Shown here: positions 1-9,154 of the stretch, piece after piece
How positions within the stretch are numbered: position 1 is the first letter of the stretch
Layout: each line of letters opens with the position of its first letter
Assembly (NCBI GenBank): GCA_023261805.1
Contig: JAGDXV010000021.1
Coordinates: forward strand, 1 to 49,437
Source: Candidatus Parvarchaeota archaeon
GTDB lineage: Archaea; Nanobdellota; Nanobdellia; Parvarchaeales; Parvarchaeaceae
Direction: 5' to 3'
Length of the DNA stretch: 49,437 nucleotides
Translations under genes and position numbers: made by a program
The notes under the pieces: model-generated
Databases searched by the model: none
Told to the model about the DNA's origin: nothing
What the model saw: the letters and a program-made list of their open reading frames with translations, nothing else

Positions 1-1020
1 CTGATGTGATGATTCATAGCCATATACATCTACTACAACATTATTATTTAGCGTAATTTGTGTATATGCCCCTCCCCAATCTGATGAAGAAGTCAGAGTT
101 ATGCCATTATTAACCGAGCCGCTCCAATAAGTAGAGCTCCACCCACATTTAAGCGTTGTTCCAGCAAAGTTATCATAGAAGTTGAACACATTCGCCCCAT
201 CATCATACTCTCCATATATTGGAGAAAGCTGTGGAGCTTCACCGACATTTATACTATTAAACAAGTTTGTGGATTTCGGAGCGAAGCCCATATAAATTGT
301 TATAGATGAATCTGCAGGTATAGAGCCTATCTTTATCCACCAAATTGCATTTGTCGACGAATAACTTTCAAGCCAGGACGGTATTATTGTTCCATTGGGA
401 TAGAAGAACTCAACATTCTGTCCGAAATAACCTCTTGTGGTATTGATATAGGGCCAGACGAAACTCGTGTATGAAATATTTACCATCTGCTGAAATGGAT
501 TTGAAGTTGATGAAGATTGTGTATTTGTTATTATAACTGAAATGGGAGAGATCACTTTCCCGCTTCCAACTTGAACGTTCACTACACCGTAGCTATAAAG
601 AGGCGCTGAAACTCCAGACGAGATCATTAGATAGGAGATGTTAACATTCAAAGAAGCACTTGAAAACTTTGAACCGAAATATCCAGATACAAAACAATAG
701 CCAGACTGCCCTGGATAAAGGGTTTTTTGTGTGCAGGAACTGCCGTAGAATGTGCGTCCATTTGAAGTCACAACCCTTATGTTTGTTATATTAACCGGCG
801 AATTCCCGCTGTTCCTCAAAAAAAGACCAAGCAAACTTCCATTTGCAACCGCATCAGATGGTTTAACCCCCGAGAATCCAACTATTGTAGGTGTAGAAGT
901 AAAATAAGAAGGAGTGAATACATTCAAAGAAAAAATTATCGATATAACAAGTGCGATAATCAAAACAATTATCCCATATGTAACCAAAAACTCTAGAGAT
1001 GCCTGAGCCTTTTCCATCAT
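1..1020 (-). CDS. Class III signal peptide (type IV pilin-like) surface protein with a DUF2341-like region; 3'-truncated by the window edge
   Basis: Not in the ORF track. Manual translation from ATG 1020 gives MMEKAQASLEFLVTYGIIVLIIALVISIIFSLNVF (prepilin KAQ|ASLE plus hydrophobic helix), later NPFQQMVN...NVEFFYPNGTIIPSWLES...IWWIKI...GEAPQLSPIYGEYDDGANVFNFYDNF. The frame is open to position 1. Confidence 0.85.
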   Translation of the reverse strand, partial: MMEKAQASLEFLVTYGIIVLIIALVISIIFSLNVFTPSYFTSTPTIVGFSGVKPSDAVANGSLLGLFLRNSGNSPVNITNIRVVTSNGRTFYGSSCTQKTLYPGQSGYCFVSGYFGSKFSSASLNVNISYLMISSGVSAPLYSYGVVNVQVGSGKVISPISVIITNTQSSSTSNPFQQMVNISYTSFVWPYINTTRGYFGQNVEFFYPNGTIIPSWLESYSSTNAIWWIKIGSIPADSSITIYMGFAPKSTNLFNSINVGEAPQLSPIYGEYDDGANVFNFYDNFAGTTLKCGWSSTYWSGSVNNGITLTSSSDWGGAYTQITLNNNVVVDVYGYESSHQ

Positions 1021-1043
1021 CTTTTATTACTCTGCATCTAAAC

Positions 1044-1949
1044 TTAAATCTTAAATGATTGAAGGGAAGAGACGAGACTGAGGAACTTGCCTGTGTTCTT
1101 TATTTTCCCGTTTATGTAGTCATCATGTATGTCTCCAACAAATACATCCTCTTTCATCAACGCTTCGCCAAATTCTTTAAAATTTATGACGCACTTCTCT
1201 CCCCTGATTCCGATCACTCTATCCTCGGAGAAAAGAAGTATAAATGAGCTTGGTTGAAACTTTTTAAATTCTCCTATCAGCCTAGAGAAAACTGAAATAT
1301 CTATGCTTCTCAGATCAATAACTCCATTCAATTTCTTCAGAATGATCATGGCGAGCCCTTTTTCAATCCCTTCGCTCTCACTGGCCCTTTTCTTTAGGTT
1401 TTCTATTAATTCGTTCACTTTATCAACCCCAACATTATTTTTGTAAGCCGCTTCAACAACTATTCCGTTCGCATCGCTTAGAAATTTCATGCCTTCTTCT
1501 CCTGCTAAGAACTTTATGGATGTTATTCCACCGATGTATGAAACCGAAACTATAGAAAAGGCGACAACCTCTTTTGTGTTCCTCGCATGCTTGTTTTTGC
1601 ACGCCGAAACATCGTAATCTCCTATCTTCACTATTCTCGCTGGTTCATTCAGATTCAATCTTTCTTCATTGAAACGAAGATTTGGAAATTTCTCCTTTCC
1701 TTCTTTAAGTGTATCGAAATGTATTGTCTCAACCGGCAAGCCCTGAAGTATAACATCGTTCGTCATCTTCAGCGCCTTTCTTATCGCATCCAGCGGTATT
1801 ATTTCTCTTATTTCGACCAGGCCTGGAGAATGCGTTGTATCTGCCTTTCTGACATGAATGTCAAGTCCAAGGTTCTGCAACGATCTTGCAAATATGTGTT
1901 CGCCAGTGTGCAGAAATGCACTTATATCATCTGAATAATCCTCGTCCAT
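1044..1949 (-). CDS. AlaX-like alanyl-tRNA editing protein with a C-terminal extension
   Basis: HxxxH (HTGEH) and CxxxH (CKNKH) Zn-binding motifs, and 'RIVKIGDYDVSAC' typical of tRNA_SAD/AlaX editing domains. Confidence 0.8.
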   Translation of the reverse strand: MDEDYSDDISAFLHTGEHIFARSLQNLGLDIHVRKADTTHSPGLVEIREIIPLDAIRKALKMTNDVILQGLPVETIHFDTLKEGKEKFPNLRFNEERLNLNEPARIVKIGDYDVSACKNKHARNTKEVVAFSIVSVSYIGGITSIKFLAGEEGMKFLSDANGIVVEAAYKNNVGVDKVNELIENLKKRASESEGIEKGLAMIILKKLNGVIDLRSIDISVFSRLIGEFKKFQPSSFILLFSEDRVIGIRGEKCVINFKEFGEALMKEDVFVGDIHDDYINGKIKNTGKFLSLVSSLQSFKI

Positions 1950-1973
1950 GAGGAGATATGATCGACCGCTGAT

Positions 1974-3239
1974 TTAAATTTGATTTAGATCAGAAAGCAG
2001 GATGTTTTCTATCCTTAAAAGAAGAGTATTTGAGAAGGCCAGTTCCAATTCCCTTGTTCTGCCGTATCTTCCATTGCTCCTTATTTTTGACATTATCAGC
2101 GAATTGTAATCCATGTCTGCTATAAGATCAGAAACCCTTCTGAAGGTCAACTTCTTCAGACCGAACCTGTCAGCATATTTGAAGTAATACTCATATACCT
2201 CTCCGCTGTAAACTTTCCCCATTTTTTTAGCCTTGCTTGCAGCTATCAGAGAATAAAGCACGCATTTCGCCTGTTTCGTCATCGATTTGACCATTTCTTC
2301 TGTTATATTCTGCTCAAGTATTTCATTCGCCTTATCGAGATGCTCCTCTTTTATCATTGAATCGCCCGATTGCTGGGCAATCTCGCCGGCTACACGAAGA
2401 AGATTAAGCGCCTTTCTGATGTCTCCATTTTCTTGTGCAGCCAAGGCCGCACATTTTTGAATTACGCCTTCTCCAAGTGCATTTTCAAAGAAAGCGTCTC
2501 TGGCTCTGATGGAAAGTATGTCCGCTATCTCTACGGCATTGTAAGGCCTGAAAACAATCTCAACAGGACTTAAGGAACTTTTAACTCTTTGGTCGAGAAG
2601 AGACTTAAGATTCGTGTTGTTTGATATTCCTATTATTGATAGCTTTGATTTCTTAAGCAGCTCGTTCATTCTCAACAAGCTGTAAAGTATCTCATCTCCG
2701 CTGTGTTGTATCAGCTTCTCGATTTCGTCTAATATTATTATCACTACTCTTTCCTTTGAATCTATCACAGATATCAGTTTTTTGTACAGGATGCTGACTG
2801 AAAGGCCGCTCACGGGTGCTTTGATTCCAAATATTGTGCATAAATTAGATATAAGGCGGTATTCTGTTATATTGTTCTCGAGTCTGCAGTTTATGTAAAG
2901 GGGCATCACATCAACCTCTTTCTCCATAGCTGTGGAAGCAAGATTGTGCGCAACGTATCTTGTCACAAGCGATTTTCCCGTGCCTGAAAAGCCATAGATC
3001 AAAACATTCGAAACACGCTCTAAAAGAAGACTAGGAGCAAGAACGCTTGAAAGCTTTTGTATCTCTTCATCTCTGTGAAGTATTACATCAGGAACAAAAG
3101 ATGAGGATAAAATCTCTTTATCCTTAAATATTCGTTTCTTTAGAAGAAACTCGTTGAAAATTTCTTTAGGATCAACAGGCTTCTTTGCCTGTGTTTGCGG
3201 TAATAAGTCGTTTATTGGCTTTAAATCATTTTGATCCAT
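1974..3239 (-). CDS. cdc6: Orc1/Cdc6 replication initiator
   Basis: Walker A GFSGTGKS, Walker B IILDEIE, 'GDIRKALNLLRVAGEIA', and C-terminal wHTH 'TFRRVSDLIADM...GRYGRTR'. Confidence 0.96.
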   Translation of the reverse strand: MDQNDLKPINDLLPQTQAKKPVDPKEIFNEFLLKKRIFKDKEILSSSFVPDVILHRDEEIQKLSSVLAPSLLLERVSNVLIYGFSGTGKSLVTRYVAHNLASTAMEKEVDVMPLYINCRLENNITEYRLISNLCTIFGIKAPVSGLSVSILYKKLISVIDSKERVVIIILDEIEKLIQHSGDEILYSLLRMNELLKKSKLSIIGISNNTNLKSLLDQRVKSSLSPVEIVFRPYNAVEIADILSIRARDAFFENALGEGVIQKCAALAAQENGDIRKALNLLRVAGEIAQQSGDSMIKEEHLDKANEILEQNITEEMVKSMTKQAKCVLYSLIAASKAKKMGKVYSGEVYEYYFKYADRFGLKKLTFRRVSDLIADMDYNSLIMSKIRSNGRYGRTRELELAFSNTLLLRIENILLSDLNQI

Positions 3240-3244
3240 ACCTT

Positions 3245-3680
3245 GACCATTTCCTGTCGAAAACGACGGCTAAATGATAATACTATGAACGTTACTTGTA
3301 TTTAAATGTTTTATTGCACTTTAGTTATATAACTAGAGTGCAAGGAGAGAGTAGAGATACCTATGTTTCTTATGGAAATATTTTGTATATAATATAATTA
3401 ATTATTTTTGAGGATTTCTCTTCTTATTTCTATATTGAATTAAACAAAAATAATAAATAAAATTTCCATAGGAAATTTAAGTGTGTTCCATAAGAAAAAT
3501 TCCTAAATTTAGTAGATTTCTGATTACCATTTTCATCCTACATTTCCAATGAAAAGTTTTCCAGTCGAAACAGTGGTAACTTTTTCTATTTTTAATATTT
3601 TGTTGTCATATAAACTTATCATTCTTTTTTACTGTGTAATAATTTTAAAGACCGAAAAGTATTTATATAAGTTAAAACCA
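3245..3680. promoter_or_regulatory. Candidate replication origin (oriC) with ORB/mini-ORB repeats in an AT-rich intergenic region
   Basis: About 450 bp AT-rich gap next to cdc6. It carries TTTCCTGTCGAAAAC (3250-3264), TTTCCAGTCGAAAC (3558-3571), TTTCCATAGGAAA (3463-3475), TTCCATAAGAAA (3486-3497), inverted TTTCTTATGGAAA (3366-3378) and TTTCCAATGAAAA (3543-3555), all resembling the archaeal ORB core TTCCAGTGGAAA. Confidence 0.8.
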
Positions 3681-3691
3681 TAATACTACTC

Positions 3692-6172
3692 ATGCATTCG
3701 AAGATTTTTGATGATGTAACGATGGTGATAATTTTAGTCACACTACTCCTCAGCGTGATAGGCGTATCGCATGCTCAACAACCATGTTCGAATCTTGTGA
3801 TAAATGAGAGTACTCAGCTGACTGGGTTAGTGAATGATTCCGATTGCTTTCTTGTGATTCAAAAGGGTGCAATCCTTTCTGCCGAAAATAGTAGAATAAT
3901 TACTCAAGGTATATTGATAAAAAATGGCACTTTAGATGTGACCGGTTCATTCTATTCTAATGCTAAAGTGATTAATATTACTAGATTCGGTGTTCTTGAG
4001 ACAGATGGAGGAATTATAAATAACGACAATGTGACAATTAATTTATCAAATCTTGTTAATTTTAGTAATTATGGAGTAGTTTATTTGCACCAATTCATAT
4101 TTAAATCAATTAACTTTGATAATTATGGAAAAATTTATCAATATGAAGCATCCACAAACAATTCATTGGGAAACGGGACTTCATATTTTCATTCATATTG
4201 CGGTTCGGGAGCTGGAGGAGAAGGTTACGCATCGTCCGGATCGATAAGCTTCTACGGTGGGAGCACAGTAGCAGCGGGTGGTGCCGGCCAGCTTTCTAGC
4301 GGGTCCTTTACGCAAGGTATGAAGTCTCCATTGAAGTCAACAACTTATGTGTTGAATTATTCTCTTCTTGCTGGGGCGGGTGGCGGCGCCTTTTTCTACA
4401 ATCTTAATACAATCTCAACAACATTCCCGGGCGGTTTTGGAATGTCTGGTTTGGTTATAATAGCCGACAAGTTTTACAATAATGGAACTATTTATGATCA
4501 AGGCCAGGCGTTTGATCCTTATTCGGTGTCAGAGATCAGACATTATGGATATGAGTATGATGGTTTAGGTGGAGGTGGCGGCTCGGGATGTGTTGAGGTG
4601 ATAGCTAACAAGACATATAATCCGGGGTCAATAAATGTTTCAGCGATAAAGTATGCCTATCCGGGCTCTTCTTTCATTACACAAGGCGGATCTGGACAAG
4701 TGTTTTTCTTTAATGTATCTACTAAAAAGTTATCAGAATTAGGGTTAAATCTTACTACAAATAGTGAGAATAACATCACTGAAAATTCACATGAAAACTT
4801 TACTATCAAAGAAGAGGGTTTACCTTATAATACAACTTGGTCGATCAATTATGGAGGCAAGTCATTCATTTTCGATAGCCCAACTATTATACTTAATTTT
4901 TCATCGAATAGTAGTATATTTAATGTTAATATTGTAGACCTCAACGGGAGCATCTACTATCCTTATCCAAGCGCAGGTGAGGCATCAAATAATAAAACCA
5001 TTTTGATAGATTTCTTCCTTCCAAGTAAAACTATTTATAACAATAAAACAACAAATAACGTTTATAAAAATACTATTTTTAACAATAAAACTCTTATCTA
5101 TAATGAGACTATCAATCTGACTTCACTTGAGAACGTTCTGAAGAGTAAACTTTCTAATATAAGCAGCAATATTTCAAGCAGTTTATTGAATAAGTTTTCT
5201 AATTTGATAAAAAACATCTCTGATGAAAATTTATTGATCAATCAAATAGATGAGAACGTCTCAAAAAGTTTTAATGAAAGTTTTCTCTTATTTAAGACTA
5301 TTAAAAATATCTCTTCAGATAACGCATTTACACTCAATTCAACTGAGCAAACAGAGGCCAAGAATATGTCGAAGCTTGATTCACTCTTAAATGATCTTTC
5401 ATCTAAGATTTTATACATGAATGAGAGTCTTGAGAAAATTCAGTCGATTATGAATGATAATGAAATTGACATGAATGATCTTCTTTATTCCATAAATTCA
5501 ACAGATTACAAAAGCGAAGCCAGCATTAATAAAACATTGTACAATGAGATTGCCTCTTTAGATAGATCTGTCCTCCAAATAGCCAGTTCTCAGGCTCAAA
5601 ATTCTTTGAATGTGTCTGCTCTAAACAATTATCTCAACGGGTTAAATTCAAATATTGATGCAAATTCCGCGCAGATTTCAGCTATCAATAAGTATGTTGG
5701 AGGATTAAGCTCCGATCTAAATTCAATTTACGAGACTATAGAAAATGGTAACAATATTACAATAAGTAACGAGAATACTTTGAACTCTCTAATGAATAAT
5801 TTAAGTTATGAAATTAATATGACCCAAAAACTGGTCAATAAAACATCTGATCCGGTTTTGTACGGGAATTATAGCCTCGACATGAAAAACACCAAAGGCC
5901 TTCTTAATATCACACAGAATGGATCAACAGTCACATATTTCTTTGGGCCCGAAAACAACACCGCAGAAAACGTTACTTTGATAGAGGGGAAGCAACGCAT
6001 TAGGATCGTTTTTCTACCACAGGATCTAATGAAGACTTTCACCACAGCCCCATCAAACAGCAGTTCAAACAAAGGCAACCTTTCCTCAGGGCAGACACAA
6101 GGAGGATCTATATTCTCCATATTGAGTGGGTTTTTCTACAAGTTATCATCTTCAATTTCCTCTTTGATTTGA
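3692..6172 (+). CDS. Large secreted Gly-rich / Asn-rich coiled-coil surface or fibre-like protein
   Basis: Signal peptide ending VSHA. Gly-rich motifs (GSGAGGEG, AGAGGGA, GGGGGSG), an 'EEGLPYNTTWSI' surface-repeat-like motif, a long heptad-like Asn/Ser/Leu region and a C-terminal amphipathic helix. Confidence 0.7.
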   Translation: MHSKIFDDVTMVIILVTLLLSVIGVSHAQQPCSNLVINESTQLTGLVNDSDCFLVIQKGAILSAENSRIITQGILIKNGTLDVTGSFYSNAKVINITRFGVLETDGGIINNDNVTINLSNLVNFSNYGVVYLHQFIFKSINFDNYGKIYQYEASTNNSLGNGTSYFHSYCGSGAGGEGYASSGSISFYGGSTVAAGGAGQLSSGSFTQGMKSPLKSTTYVLNYSLLAGAGGGAFFYNLNTISTTFPGGFGMSGLVIIADKFYNNGTIYDQGQAFDPYSVSEIRHYGYEYDGLGGGGGSGCVEVIANKTYNPGSINVSAIKYAYPGSSFITQGGSGQVFFFNVSTKKLSELGLNLTTNSENNITENSHENFTIKEEGLPYNTTWSINYGGKSFIFDSPTIILNFSSNSSIFNVNIVDLNGSIYYPYPSAGEASNNKTILIDFFLPSKTIYNNKTTNNVYKNTIFNNKTLIYNETINLTSLENVLKSKLSNISSNISSSLLNKFSNLIKNISDENLLINQIDENVSKSFNESFLLFKTIKNISSDNAFTLNSTEQTEAKNMSKLDSLLNDLSSKILYMNESLEKIQSIMNDNEIDMNDLLYSINSTDYKSEASINKTLYNEIASLDRSVLQIASSQAQNSLNVSALNNYLNGLNSNIDANSAQISAINKYVGGLSSDLNSIYETIENGNNITISNENTLNSLMNNLSYEINMTQKLVNKTSDPVLYGNYSLDMKNTKGLLNITQNGSTVTYFFGPENNTAENVTLIEGKQRIRIVFLPQDLMKTFTTAPSNSSSNKGNLSSGQTQGGSIFSILSGFFYKLSSSISSLI

Positions 6173-6174
6173 TT

Positions 6175-6768
6175 ATGGAAGACAAAGATCTTGATAAATT
6201 ATATGACTTGATATACAAGCTTAATGAAGAAGTCGCCGAATTGAAGAGGCGGAGTGAGGAAGTCAAACAAGATCCTGATGAAAGTCAAATGGATGTTGTA
6301 ACGGATCAGGAGCACGTGCTTGTAGATCCTCATTCCCTCGGCGAATACAAGAATGTATCTTTACCGAATGGAAGCGTGCTGAAGATGCGCACTTATCCTA
6401 TGTGTGTAAATGGTAGGCACGTAATAAATGATCTTAGTGATATTGTTTTCTGCTCGAGATGCGGTGGTGCAATATGCAGCAAACATGCACTCGATATAGA
6501 CCCTCCTTTGTGTAAGAATTGTATCAGGGAAGAAGTGGGTATTCTGAGCGAAGCAGAGATTGCTGTGCTTGTAGCGGTTTCAAAAGGAGTGCCTTTTTGG
6601 AGAATGACAAAGACTTTGAAAGTTAGCAGAGGTCTTGTCAGCAAAAGTCTGGAAAAACTCAGATCGCTTGGTTTCATAAGGCTTGGCTTTCCAAACTTTC
6701 TGCGTTATGAGACGACGATGGATGGAGATAATTTCATCAGACTCGCTAGTTTCATATACGATATTTAA
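6175..6768 (+). CDS. Coiled-coil + Cys/His Zn-finger + C-terminal winged-helix protein
   Basis: CVNGRH...CSRCGGAICSKH...CKNC cluster and MarR/wHTH-like 'SRGLVSKSLEKLRSLGFI'. ATG 6175 preferred over TTG 6169. Confidence 0.7.
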   Translation: MEDKDLDKLYDLIYKLNEEVAELKRRSEEVKQDPDESQMDVVTDQEHVLVDPHSLGEYKNVSLPNGSVLKMRTYPMCVNGRHVINDLSDIVFCSRCGGAICSKHALDIDPPLCKNCIREEVGILSEAEIAVLVAVSKGVPFWRMTKTLKVSRGLVSKSLEKLRSLGFIRLGFPNFLRYETTMDGDNFIRLASFIYDI

Positions 6769-6771
6769 TTT

Positions 6772-8709
6772 ATGGATCTGGATAAGCTTTCGCAAATAGT
6801 TGAGGAAATGAATCTTTATAATGGAAAGGCAGACTTATCAAAGCTGAGGAGCTTAGTTGACAGGTACGCGAAAACATATGACAGGCAGATGGGAGAGTTC
6901 ATACTTTCGCAGATTCAAAAAGAGCTTTTTGATTTAAAGAGAAAGGCGCTTATTTCTGTCAATCAAGGGACGACGGCAATAAGAAGTGAAGATGCCGACA
7001 TGCGAATCGGTAAAATAGGCAATAGTGATTTTTTCCTATCCTCAAAAGATTTTAATAGGAATATTTTGATCACAGGCTCTGTTGGCCACGGTAAAACAAC
7101 ATTGGTTGCAGCCATGCTAAGGGAGCTGATCAAGAAGAACATCAACTTTCTGGTTTTTGATATAAAGAGAGATTATTGGAGTCTCGCGCTTAATAAGGAC
7201 ACTTTTTGTGTGGATGTCAGGAAAATAAAGATAAATCCGTTAGAGGCTCCTCCAAATGTAGACCTGAAAGAGTGGGCGGTTCATGTAGCCGATTTCTTTG
7301 CTCATTCTTTCTCTTTGCTTATAGGCAGCAGAGATTTTCTTCTCTTATCGCTCTTATCTCTCTATTCGCAATGGAAACATGAGTATTCTCCTTCATTGAG
7401 CGATTTGTCCAAGTTTATAGAACTTCAGGTTAAACCAAACGAGTACAGCACCGTTGTCCTTAATCGTTTGAGAGCTCTCACTTCGTCAAATAGTTTTCTT
7501 GACTGTAATCATGGCCTTTTACTTGATAAATTTGCGGACAAGAATCTCATCTTAGGTATAGATAAGTTAGGTCTTGCTGAACAGAAATTTGTCGCCTCTT
7601 ATTTTCTTTCTTTTCTATATTTTCTCAACATGAACTCAAATCATAGAAACAAACTTCAGAAAGTTGTTGTGATAGATGATGCGCATTCTCTCCTTGATGT
7701 GAATCAAGAAATGAGTAAAGAGATGGGGATTCCCCTCCTTCACACCATAATAGCCAAAGCAAGAGAGTTTGGGATCGGTTTTGTTTTTGCAGATCAGCAA
7801 GTATCTTCGCTTCTTTCAACGGCAATAGAGAACACAAATACGAAGTTCATAGGGAGAACAAACCTTGTCAATGAGCTGGGTTCAATAATAGATTCTTCTG
7901 CCCTTCAGGAGGCGCAGGATAAAATTAGGTCGTTGGGCGTGGGAGAATTTTTAGTTGTTTCCCCTTCTGTTTCCTCTTTGGAGGTCATGAAGGCAGACAA
8001 CGTTGTTTTGGATAAAGGCATAGACCAGAGCATTCTAGAGATGAAAAATCTGCAGCATAAAGAACTTTTCTCTTTCATAAGGTATTCTGATTCAGAGGAG
8101 AGGACAGCCATTTTCATTAAAGAGCTCTTGGATAACCCATTTGCGAATATTAGTCAGCACATTAAGAATTTATCGGGGAGTATAAACAGGGATGGTTTTC
8201 TACTTTTTAGGAATGAATTATTTCATGATGATTTGATATACGAGGTCAAGATAAAATTAGATGAGAACAGAGAGGCAAAATTTCTTTATGTGAATGAAGA
8301 TAAAAAGGAAAGAGTAATGAAACTCCTCTATGGAGACCCGAAACCGATAGAAAACAACAGAGAATTTAGGCAGATGCCGAAGGTTCTCAGCAGAAGTGAA
8401 TTTATGTCTTTATTACTGAGAAAACTCGCAAAGACTGTTTTAAGGAGAAACAATCTCAGATTTGATGAGGATGAAAATGGTTTGCTCATAAGAGATAAGA
8501 GGGTTTATATTGTCTTTATGCACGACCTTCTTTCACTGGCCAAGTTACTTGAGACGCCTTTCAGCAAGGTAATAGATGTTGTACCGGACAATGTGAATGA
8601 CGCTGAAATAATTGTTGACTTATTGAAGATTATGAAAGGAGGAGATATCTCCGCATTTCATGTTGCCCACATCGACACCCTCGATAAAATCATCTTAAAC
8701 TATCTTTAA
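6772..8709 (+). CDS. HerA/FtsK/VirB4-superfamily P-loop ATPase (DUF87-like)
   Basis: Walker A GSVGHGKT, 'FLVFDIKRDY', 'INPLEAPP', Walker B VVVIDDAH, Arg-finger region 'AKAREFGIGFVFADQ' and 'NTNTK'. Confidence 0.85.
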   Translation: MDLDKLSQIVEEMNLYNGKADLSKLRSLVDRYAKTYDRQMGEFILSQIQKELFDLKRKALISVNQGTTAIRSEDADMRIGKIGNSDFFLSSKDFNRNILITGSVGHGKTTLVAAMLRELIKKNINFLVFDIKRDYWSLALNKDTFCVDVRKIKINPLEAPPNVDLKEWAVHVADFFAHSFSLLIGSRDFLLLSLLSLYSQWKHEYSPSLSDLSKFIELQVKPNEYSTVVLNRLRALTSSNSFLDCNHGLLLDKFADKNLILGIDKLGLAEQKFVASYFLSFLYFLNMNSNHRNKLQKVVVIDDAHSLLDVNQEMSKEMGIPLLHTIIAKAREFGIGFVFADQQVSSLLSTAIENTNTKFIGRTNLVNELGSIIDSSALQEAQDKIRSLGVGEFLVVSPSVSSLEVMKADNVVLDKGIDQSILEMKNLQHKELFSFIRYSDSEERTAIFIKELLDNPFANISQHIKNLSGSINRDGFLLFRNELFHDDLIYEVKIKLDENREAKFLYVNEDKKERVMKLLYGDPKPIENNREFRQMPKVLSRSEFMSLLLRKLAKTVLRRNNLRFDEDENGLLIRDKRVYIVFMHDLLSLAKLLETPFSKVIDVVPDNVNDAEIIVDLLKIMKGGDISAFHVAHIDTLDKIILNYL

Positions 8710-9150
8710 TATTATTCCAACGATCACTCCTATGAGCGCACCGGCTAAAACATCAGTCAGGTAGTGCGATTTTATATAGATCCTACTGTAGGCTATAAGG
8801 ATGCCAACCGCCAATAATGGAAAGAAAAGCCCCGTTCCAAATAAAAACGTTGGAAAGAATATAGCTATCGCTGAATGTGAGGAGGGGAAACTTCGTCTGT
8901 TAAGTCGAAATGTCTTTCTATAGAAGCTTCTCTTGGTGGCCGCCTCAGGCCTTTTTTCCTTGAAAAGTGCCTTGGCGGATTCAGAAAGTCCCCCCGCTAC
9001 CGCCCCTCCAAGGATCAGGAACAAGGCGATCCTCAAAGAGTCCATCACTGTAGCGGCAGCAAAAATTTCCAGCAGAAAGACTTCAACAGGATACTTTTCT
9101 ATCAGAAAAGAGAACTTTGAAAATGCAGCTTCAAACCCTTTCTTGTTCAT
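8695..9150 (-). CDS. PAP2-family membrane phosphatase
   Basis: KxxxxxxRP (KALFKEKRP), SFPSSH and SRIYIKSHYLTDV motifs. Confidence 0.9.
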   Translation of the reverse strand: MNKKGFEAAFSKFSFLIEKYPVEVFLLEIFAAATVMDSLRIALFLILGGAVAGGLSESAKALFKEKRPEAATKRSFYRKTFRLNRRSFPSSHSAIAIFFPTFLFGTGLFFPLLAVGILIAYSRIYIKSHYLTDVLAGALIGVIVGIILKIV

Positions 9151-9154
9151 AGTT

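Noticed and set aside
3245..3680. CRISPR array or MITE in the repeat-containing intergenic region
   Set aside because: The repeats are short, degenerate, irregularly spaced and in both orientations, matching ORB-like boxes.
3692..8709. Intact provirus or conjugative element
   Set aside because: No integrase, att repeats, capsid, relaxase or primase visible.
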